DNA of 7,539 nucleotides from Amoeboradix gromovi X-113 (taxonomy: Eukaryota > Fungi > Sanchytriomycota): NCBI GenBank assembly GCA_018985225.1, contig JADGIF010000502.1:1-7539 (forward strand), in the 5' to 3' direction. A program made the position numbers and the translations under genes. Positions 1-7,059 of the stretch are shown here, piece after piece. Positions within the stretch are counted from its first letter, which is position 1. Each line of letters starts with the position of its first letter. The notes beneath the pieces were generated by a model. The model was not told where the DNA came from and made no database searches. It was given only the letters and a program-made list of their open reading frames with translations.

Positions 1-45
1 CATACAGACTGTTTATTTTTGAAATTTGGATACACTTTGTTTTGT

Positions 46-129
46 CTAGTTTTTGTAGAGCATGTCCCCTATGTCCTTCACGAAATTACTTCCATTACAA
101 AGTATACATAAAAATAGCACAAAAAACAT
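46..129 (-). pseudogene. Possible truncated or frameshifted leader-bearing gene (MFFVLFLCILCNGSNFVKDIGDMLYKN*) running off the window edge
   Basis: ATG at 129 is followed by a short hydrophobic leader like those in the right-hand cluster. The TAG comes just after an A5 run, and both alternative frames stay open to base 1. Confidence 0.22.
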
Positions 130-455
130 AGCTTTTGTTTTTGGAGAACTTTGAGAGTTCAGTGGTGGAGCTTTAAAGAAAACAATTTGGAGAGATAATG
201 GTATAAAATTGTAACTTAAAATATGTAGAGGTAAGATGGCAGCAAGTAACGCATCAGAAATGCGCTTATCCCTACCCAATCCTCTCTAAGATAGTGGAAG
301 CGTTTGCAACCACTGTAACGGACCGACTGGCTTTCACAATTTGTCTAGCGAAACTCATAATTTTACGGGAAAACAGGCTCTTAATAAGCAGCGACTGCAT
401 TTGCTTGAGATTTTCCATCAAATCGCGCTTCTTGATTTTAATTACCCATTTTTTA

Positions 456-3201
456 ATGTTCAAAAAAGCGTTCGCGAAGATACATTATCAAGTGAACCAA
501 ATAAAACCGCATAAAGACTCCGAACTGAACGGATATTTGTACAAATTCAATGAAGATAAATGGAAACTCTACTTTTTCAAGCTAACCTCTGAAAAATTAA
601 TGTATCAATCAGCAGCAACTCACTGGTCGTGGTAATTCTGACTAATGTAGTAGCAACATCGGCATTATCGGAACCAAGCGCGTGCAAGACGACAATCAGA
701 AATACCGCTTCTTCATTGTAACTCAACAAGGAACTTTAGATCTGGCAGCCTCCAGCGAGGAGCAACTATTGGATTGGATAACTGCGATAGATCTCATCTT
801 AGCAGACAATCATGCCAAAAATCCTCAAAATGCTACCAGAGCTAGGAAGCCGTCGGATGTAGCTAAGCCAATAATTCCAATAAATTCAGAATATGAAGCC
901 CAAAAAACGAGTCCCTTATCTGAAAATAAAATAGACAAGAAAAAAGGTATTTTGAGGTCTAATACTTCTAAAGACTCGAAGAAAAAAGAGGAAGTCGCTG
1001 ATAAAAAATCTCAGGTTCAAAAATCTTTGGGCGATTTAAACAAAATTCCAGACAAACCTATTTTGGATTTTAGTCCAAACTCTAAAGTCGACTTTGATAG
1101 ACCGCGAAATCAATCCGCTGAACCAAATAAACAGAGATATTCGAGTTGGGGCGAAAATACTATGTACCCTGATTACCAAAGCGATTTTGGCGGGTATGTA
1201 CCTATTCAACCTCGCATGCAGTTGTACGATATGTATGGAAACCCAGTACCACAGATGTTTTATCAAGATTACAGTCAAATGAATCCTGAGGAGTATTATA
1301 GAATGCGTGGTATGAGATACGATTATCCACATGAAGTGGATCCCAGATATTTTAGAGAGGATCCAAGAATGAGACCTGATTTTGATAACAGGTATTCATA
1401 TATGGAAGACCCTAGGATGCTACAGAGAGAGGGATCTAGATACGGCCAAAGAGAAGATCCACGATACATGTCAATGAAAACAGAAAGAATTCCTGATAGA
1501 TTACCAGAAATGGATCCTAGGATAGCACAGGAGCAGTACCTCAGCATGAAGTCGCAAAAGCCTACAGAAGCTAATCGTAGAATGAGCCAGAACATCCAGG
1601 ACACATCCTACTTATCAATGCAACCTGATGCACGGTACCAAAGAGAATATAAACCATTGGACATAGATCCTAGAAAAGACCTTCGATATGGTACAGATCC
1701 CAGATATACTGATCCTAAAATAATTGACACAGACCCTAGAATAAATCTAGATCAAAGGCTTGCTAAGAATGACAACCGATATCCAAAAGATCAAAAAACA
1801 GTAGAATTTGATTCTAGAGTCGCTGATCCAAGATATATGAGCATGAAGCCGGATTTGAGATACAAAGAACTTTTGGAGTTAGATGCAAGAAAGGTTCAAG
1901 ACATTCGATATTCGACCATGCAGGCAGATCCCAGATACATTAAAGAACCATTGGAATCTAGGGACCCCAGGTATACAATTAATGTTCCTCAGCAACGACA
2001 AAACCAGATGGATAGAGAAAGATCTCCAATAGATTCAACCAGAAAAGAAATTAGTCCGTTGTCAGATGGGTTTCGAAGAAGAGGACCTGATGGATATCCA
2101 GACCCAAACTACATTCCAAGTTATGGGCATTCTACTGTTGAAAAACGTAGTGAAAGAAATTCAGCTGAGAAGATTAATGTTAACCCGCAAAGAGCTTCTC
2201 AGTATGAACTACACCTACAAAGAGGAGAAACTGCACCAGACATAGATGAAGTAATAACGCTTAGCCAAAACATGAAGCAATCCGAAATATCAGATGAAGA
2301 TCAAACTTTAGGTGGTCAAAAGAAAGTTAGAAACAAATCATTAGTACGGCGATCACAAAGTGTAAAGCAAGCGACAGAGAGAGTGACCTCAATGAGTTTA
2401 AAACAACAAGAGCAGTTGGAAAGAATACAAAGTATAGCATCAAGTAACGATAAAGATCGTAGATTAGATTTAGTAAAAAACGCAGAATCGCCGAAAGTAT
2501 CAAATTCGACCGGAAATTTAAAAAGCCCGACAGGAGTTGAGAAGGTAGATCTAGTTCCCAGAAATAGCAATTCAAAGCCTAAAAAAGCAGAGTATCAAAT
2601 TGAGAAAATTTTAGAGCGTCCAAAATCAATTTCATTTGCCGATAGTACTCCAAGCGAGGATCACGATATCGTCAATAAGAAGAAGCTATCAGTCAACAAA
2701 AAGCCAGCTTCTGAGATTGGTTCACCGGTGGTCCCTAGAAAGTTAACATCTCTAGAGGAATTAGACCAGAAGGAAACAATCAAATCTGATTCCCTAGTAC
2801 GTGGTAAGTCAAAGAATAAACATTCTGAAACTTCAAACAACGAGAAATCAAAAGTTAAATCGGGGTTAGCTGTAGAAATCGATCAAGCTGAATTAGAAAA
2901 ACACGAGTTGGCCAAATCAAGTTCTCAAAACTTATCAACCATTAGTGCATCCATAGATATTGATCCTCATGACGGCAAAATTAAAAAAAGTCAAATGATT
3001 AACCCTGAAATATCTCACGCATTCTTTGACGGTGGGATTGAACCGGAAATATTAGACGCATCTCAGGATTTGAGCATATCTACTACTTTAACCAGAGCTC
3101 ATAGATCGCATGAAGATAAAATAGATGCACCCAAGAAGGCACAAGAACCTATAAGACTTAGGAGCAAGTCAAACAAGCGGCCCTACGTGGCAAGAAGTTG
3201 A
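456..3201 (+). CDS. PH-domain protein with long disordered repeat-containing tail; spliced join(456..631,651..3201), 908 aa
   Basis: Exon 1 (ATG 456) encodes ELNGYLYKFNEDKWKLYFFKLTSEKLMY, typical of PH beta1-beta3. Exon 2 encodes YRFFIVTQQGTLDLAASSEEQLLDWITAIDLIL, typical of PH beta6-beta7 and the C-terminal helix with the conserved Trp. Removing 632..650 joins ORFs 294..635 and 682..3201 in frame (...HWSC SNIGIIGTKRVQDD...). Confidence 0.88.
632..650 (+). other. 19-nt spliceosomal intron (phase 2)
   Basis: GTAATTCTGACTAATGTAG: GTA donor, CTAAT branch motif, TAG acceptor. It contains the in-frame TAA (633-635), and its removal restores the PH domain. An alternative acceptor at 653 (22 nt) is also in frame. 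Confidence 0.87.
1318..1975 (+). repeat. Degenerate coding repeat, ~8-9 units of ~24-26 aa (consensus roughly xDxRY[ML]SMxxDPRYxxExxxxDPR)
   Basis: Tyr codons of YSYM/YMSM/YLSM/YLSM lie at 1393, 1465, 1537 and 1609 (exactly 72 nt apart), and YMSM/YSTM at 1834 and 1909 (75 nt apart). There are many DPR/DxRY words between them. Confidence 0.8.
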
Positions 3202-3250
3202 AATAAAATGTTTTTATTTATCAGTTGGCGTTCAAACATTTACTTTTATT
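3202..3250. terminator. Shared 44-bp convergent intergenic region with poly(A)-signal-like AATAAA on both strands
   Basis: AATAAA at 3202-3207 (+) directly after TGA. AATAAA on the minus strand at 3245-3250 (overlapping the WD40 TAA) and at 3213-3218. Confidence 0.55.
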
Positions 3251-4131
3251 TGCATCTATATATCCTTAAGCTTCTATCGTCACTGCAGGTTGCTAGTTTA
3301 TCACCAATTGAATTAAATTGAACTTTCCAGACCTGATCAGCATTGTCTTCGTAAACATGCAGTGTATTGGCAGCTTTGAAATCATATATTCTAACTGTAT
3401 GGTCTGCAGAACCACTAGCAATTACAGTCTGAGAAGGATGACAATCCACAGTAAGTACCCATGAAGAATGTGCGGGATAAGATTTGATAATGTTTCCGTG
3501 ATTGCTAAGTTAGTTGAAAATACAAGTCGATTATAGAAACGTGCTTATCGTAAGAAGATGTGATCAAAAATTGTTGATCAGGGCTAATTACAACCTGCCT
3601 GACAATTCCACTATGGACTTTGATGCTATGAAGAAGTTTTTGAGATTCAACATCAAATATCAATACAGTTCCGTCCTCTAATCCAGCAGCCAGCTTTTTA
3701 CCATCATTGCTAAAGTTACATGAAAAAACAAAAACATCTTTCTTTCCCTGCAATTTACATTTGATATTACCTTGAAGATCTAGAATTTTAATAGAACCAT
3801 CATGTGATGTTGTAGCAATGACGTCCAGTTGCAATTGTGTATGAAAACAATCGATTGGTGTAATTTCTAACTTTTTAAGGATTTCTCCAGTTTCTACATC
3901 AAAGTAACATAGAGACCCATCAAAGCTATGACTAATTCCTTTGTTGCTGTATGTATCGACGTTGATTACGCTCATGGAATGGTGTTGAAAATTTCTCAAC
4001 TCTGACAATTGCGAATCCCATACTTTTACCAATCCATCGGCACCGCCAGTTAACAGCTGCTGCTGGTGCCATTTCAAACTCCAGATGCCCTGCTCATGGG
4101 CATTTTCATTTACGGCTAATGTCGAAAACAT
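3246..4131 (-). CDS. WDR61: WD40-repeat protein, WDR61/Ski8 (SKIC8)-like; spliced complement(join(3246..3504,3524..4131)), 288 aa
   Basis: Roughly seven WD40 repeats and no other domain. The N-terminus NAHEQGIWSLKW...LLTGGADGLVKVWD, and the spliced segments AHSSWVLTVDCHP...ASGSADHTVRIYD and NADQVWKVQFNSIGDKLATCSDDRSLRIYRC, resemble WDR61/Ski8 as recalled. Removing 3505..3523 fuses ORFs 3505..4131 and 3246..3449 (...SIIDF NHGNIIKSYPAHSSW...). Confidence 0.85.
3505..3523 (-). other. 19-nt spliceosomal intron (phase 2)
   Basis: Minus-strand GTATTTTCAACTAACTTAG: GTA donor, CTAAC branch motif, TAG acceptor (which is also the in-frame stop of the unspliced ORF). Its removal restores a continuous WD40 repeat. 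Confidence 0.92.
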
Positions 4132-4940
4132 TTTGTCTGTTTGTAGGAGTTGGAAAAAATGAATTGAATGAAGAATAAATATTTGAGATACCTGTCAAAA
4201 AACTGAAAGCATCTTCTTCGGAATGAAATAGAGACCTTCTGGAATAACGCGTTTGCCAACATCACTATTCTTATCTTTATGGGCGAAATAAAAGCACAGT
4301 GAGATATCGAGGATAATCGCCGAGAAGCAATAATTAAAAGAATAATATGTGGCTTTTAAACCTACTAGATATTTAACCCTTTCGAGCCAAAGATGTCACT
4401 TAATGTACAAAACAGCATCAATGCACCAGCTATTAAGTTTAAATTAATTGTGACGGAAATGCATGCATAATAATAGTTACTAACTAAAAGTCATTGCAGA
4501 CTCGGGAACTCCTAAATGACAAGAGAGTTCAAAGCGATAATTACTTTGAATCATGGCTTTTTGGATATATTTAAAGAACTGCCCGAAGTGCGGTTACGGC
4601 TTCTTACTTCATGCCTCAACTGAAGGTGCTAACTAGTAAATATCAATAATGAATCAGTTTATTTGCAAAATCCTCAACAAAGACCGGTTTTCCTAGAAAA
4701 CCAAAAATTACTGCCGCGAAACTGGGCATCTAGTCGATAGTTGCACTGGTTGCATCCACTATCCTGAGGTGGTATTTGACATGAATGCAGGTATTAAGTC
4801 ACTACTGTATTAAAATGAAAACCATTCACAATAATAAAGTTTTCTGGATGCAGTCACATCCATATTGTGCGACTGTTTTGCCTAGGTCTATCACATTTGA
4901 TACCGCGTGATGTACAAGATTGACACCGATTACATCATCA

Positions 4941-4956
4941 GGAGTATATAAAGAAA
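4941..4956 (+). promoter_or_regulatory. TATA-like core promoter element of the 4974 gene
   Basis: GGAGTATATAAAGAAA starting 33 nt upstream of ATG 4974. A similar motif sits at the same distance before the paralog at 6457. Confidence 0.45.
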
Positions 4957-4973
4957 AACCAATCTTTCTTGAT

Positions 4974-5291
4974 ATGTTGCTCCTTCTCATTACATTATTT
5001 GCTATCCCAAATCCGTCAAAAAAGACGGAGAATGACTCCAAGGAAGCATTTGCTCCAAGTCCATTTAATGCTCCCTGGGAATCGTGCGGTCCATCGTGCA
5101 AAGCTTTGAAAGCTGCTGGTATTTTTGGTGCGCTAACTGGTGTCGCATACGCAGCTACTCAACCTAAACAGGCCATGAATCTTTTCACCTCTGCGCCTGA
5201 ATTTCTGAAAAAACAAGCACTTAAGGCAGTCAATGCAGTTAGTTATGCGGGAAGTTCTATAGCATCTCTTGGAAAAAAGGTGCCTCAATAA
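4974..5291 (+). CDS. Small putative secreted/membrane orphan protein, 105 aa (short leader, CGPSCK motif, Gly/Ala-rich hydrophobic helix)
   Basis: The first ATG of ORF 4920..5291 gives MLLLLITLFAIP. There is a TATA-like box upstream, AATAAA at the stop, and a motif order shared with 6457..6993. Confidence 0.72.
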   Translation: MLLLLITLFAIPNPSKKTENDSKEAFAPSPFNAPWESCGPSCKALKAAGIFGALTGVAYAATQPKQAMNLFTSAPEFLKKQALKAVNAVSYAGSSIASLGKKVPQ

Positions 5292-5635
5292 ATATTGCTA
5301 TTTTAGAAACGATCATGTCATCGAGTTTTATTAAATAAATCATTTATCGTGATAATTTGGAGCTATGTTGCTCCAATGTGCTCTCTCTCTACGCCTTTTG
5401 AAGTACATGAAAGTTTTGTAACCTTTGTATTCATCAATTTCAAGCCTCACAATCCTATGTTAAATCTAAAGAAATCGCTAATGGACACAGAAAATACTCT
5501 TGCGCACTCAAAAACAGATCTGAGAATGGAAAGGCGTGATATATTTTAGTTCTATTTTTTAAGTCCTTGATAGACAATATGGCAAAGAATCATGCTACCG
5601 CAAGGACCTTAAGACAAAATTCAGAGCAAGAAGGG
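5290..5635. repeat. Diverged direct repeat, copy A (~340 bp)
   Basis: Core 5519..5621 matches 7290..7391 at about 87 of 103 positions by hand alignment. Weaker collinear similarity extends back to ~5290/~7060, so the outer limits are approximate. Confidence 0.8.
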
Positions 5636-5919
5636 TAATCACTGCATTGGATTCTACGAAAACTTTCGTTCGATATTGCTAATTAGTGGCCGCAGGAAAA
5701 TTTAGATACAAAAATCCTATTCAATCCCACCTGAGTCACTGCAACGGATCAATTAGGATTGTCGATTCCTCCGGAGATCTCACGATTTTTCAGAGAATTA
5801 GAACTTTTAACGAGTAGTTGACTCTCACATTACACAACTGTGTACAAACATGTTTTGATTGGATCGCCAAATCTCCTTGGTCAGTATTTAGGAAGGCACA
5901 CCCCTGAGACAACAGCAAA

Positions 5920-6327
5920 ATGATGCTTTTAGTCCCTTTTTTATTTTCTGTTCCTTTAGCTAAACAACCATCTGATCAACTAAAGCATACAGGGCCATCT
6001 CAGCGTAACCAGCACTCTCAATTTCAATTTCAAGGCCAATTGCCGTTTGAACGACCACCGCCACAGCAACTACAGGCGTTAAATCAAATGGCCTACAGAG
6101 CCGCAATACAGTCTGCTACGGCAATGCAGTACTTTATCCAGTTTCCAAAAAAATTAGTGGAACTTTTTAATCAGTTTCCACAACCTATTCAAAAAGCAGC
6201 GTTGCAAAACGTCTCGCAAGCAAAGCGTTTGGGTACTGTACCAGTTCCAGGCTCCAATAACGGAAGATCAACGGGCAGACAGATCAAAAAGACCAAACAG
6301 AATATTAAACGACCAAGTCCACAATAA
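5920..6327 (+). CDS. Small putative secreted Gln/Pro-rich orphan protein, 135 aa, basic C-terminus
   Basis: AAAATG start context, leader MMLLVPFLFSVP, Q/P-rich body, AATAAA overlapping the TAA stop, and the same strand and leader style as its neighbours. Confidence 0.72.
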   Translation: MMLLVPFLFSVPLAKQPSDQLKHTGPSQRNQHSQFQFQGQLPFERPPPQQLQALNQMAYRAAIQSATAMQYFIQFPKKLVELFNQFPQPIQKAALQNVSQAKRLGTVPVPGSNNGRSTGRQIKKTKQNIKRPSPQ

Positions 6328-6422
6328 ATCATTTTAGGTATTTTGAACTTTGATTTTATCTTTGAATCGCAACTGCCTTGTGATTCTTGAATACTAGCCA
6401 CATTTGGTAATATTAGTAATAT

Positions 6423-6439
6423 GGGGTATTAAAAAGAAA
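6423..6439 (+). promoter_or_regulatory. TATA-like core promoter element of the 6457 gene
   Basis: GGGGTATTAAAAAGAAA starting 34 nt upstream of ATG 6457, similar to 4941..4956. Confidence 0.35.
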
Positions 6440-6456
6440 TTGCTGTGAAATTTGGT

Positions 6457-6993
6457 ATGATATTTTTAATGTTTATACTTTTTTCCATTCCAGTAGCTAA
6501 TTTTAAAAAAAGAAAAGAAAGCCAATTGTGTGGGTGGTACTGCAAACTTGGATTACTAACCAGTGGGGTTTTGGCTTCAGTTGGAGTATACGCATGGCTC
6601 AAGAAAAATAACCATCCAGTTAAACCACTCACAGGTCCCAAAATTTATAGAAAGCAGCCTTTTTCATCTACCCATAGTTCTGAATCCTCGTTCGCGCCTA
6701 GCTCATCATCGTTGGCGCCTAGCTCATCATCGTTTGTAAGTGATTATGCTGCAAGTGTCTCTTCTGCTCCCTCACGATTGGAGGGCGACGGTCTTTTCCC
6801 ATTTGGAATTAGCTCAAATAGTTTAAGATACTCAAAATCGGAAGGCAATAGTATTTCAAGAAGTATCTCGATTTCATCATTGTCTGATTCATTTTCAATA
6901 GGTTCCTCATTTTCAACAGGTTCCTCATCTTCTGGGGAATTTTCAAGTTCATCATTTCCTAACCGAGTTTCTTCTGGAGCGCTTTTAAAATAA
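6457..6993 (+). CDS. Small putative secreted/membrane orphan protein, 178 aa (short leader, KKRK, CGWYCK motif, TM-like helix, Ser-rich tail)
   Basis: The first ATG of ORF 6445..6993 gives MIFLMFILFSIP. The hydrophobic segment LGLLTSGVLASVGVYAWL is followed by KK. Internal repeats preserve the frame, and AATAAA overlaps the stop. Confidence 0.75.
   Translation: MIFLMFILFSIPVANFKKRKESQLCGWYCKLGLLTSGVLASVGVYAWLKKNNHPVKPLTGPKIYRKQPFSSTHSSESSFAPSSSSLAPSSSSFVSDYAASVSSAPSRLEGDGLFPFGISSNSLRYSKSEGNSISRSISISSLSDSFSIGSSFSTGSSSSGEFSSSSFPNRVSSGALLK
6688..6734 (+). repeat. 21-bp tandem duplication (S[FL]APSSS x2)
   Basis: TCGTTCGCGCCTAGCTCATCA / TCGTTGGCGCCTAGCTCATCA / TCGTT. Confidence 0.95.
6889..6928 (+). 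repeat. 18-bp tandem duplication (SFS[IT]GS x2)
   Basis: TCATTTTCAATAGGTTCC / TCATTTTCAACAGGTTCC / TCAT. Confidence 0.93.
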
Positions 6994-7059
6994 ACATGTT
7001 GGACATAAAATCACAAATAGACCTCTAATTCTTCTACACAATACAGTGCCTCTTTACAA

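Noticed and set aside
89-107. Minus-strand 19-nt GT..AG segment GTATACTTTGTAATGGAAG in the small leader ORF
   Set aside because: It lacks CTAAY at positions 11-15, and excision leads to a TGA within a few codons.
294-455. N-terminal extension of ORF 294..635 from a GTG start
   Set aside because: The context is eukaryotic. The first ATG is at 456 and PH-like sequence only begins after it.
272-463. Minus-strand 63-aa ORF, and the upstream part of ORF 46..279
   Set aside because: No recognisable motif, overlaps the PH gene start and promoter, and no well-formed mini-intron links it to anything.
1318-1975. Recurring GATCC(A/T/C)AG words as a possible CRISPR-like or DNA-level array
   Set aside because: They are DPR codons in an open frame, variable at third positions, with no constant repeat-spacer structure.
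1036-2575. Antisense and alternate-frame ORFs 1036..1332, 1094..1282, 1323..1604, 2316..2570, 2327..2575
   Set aside because: They are shadows of the long PH-protein ORF with no independent coding signal.
4247-4252. ACGCGT (MCB-like cell-cycle box) upstream of the WD40 gene
   Set aside because: A single hexamer is not distinguishable from chance.
4553-4636. Short ORF containing NCPKCGY (zinc-ribbon half-site)
   Set aside because: Only 27 aa, with no second Cys pair and no supportable intron to extend it.
5349-5549. 66-aa ORF inside repeat copy A as an intact gene
   Set aside because: GTG start, and the homologous frame in copy B has several stops and indels. Treated as part of the repeat.
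6330-6353. CATTTTAGGTATTTTGAACTTTGA resembling the repeat core at 7313 onward
   Set aside because: Only a 10-nt exact match in AT-rich sequence, and the similarity does not extend.
4826-6641. Minus-strand ORFs 4826..5101, 6189..6401, 6429..6641
   Set aside because: They are antisense to better-supported leader-bearing genes.
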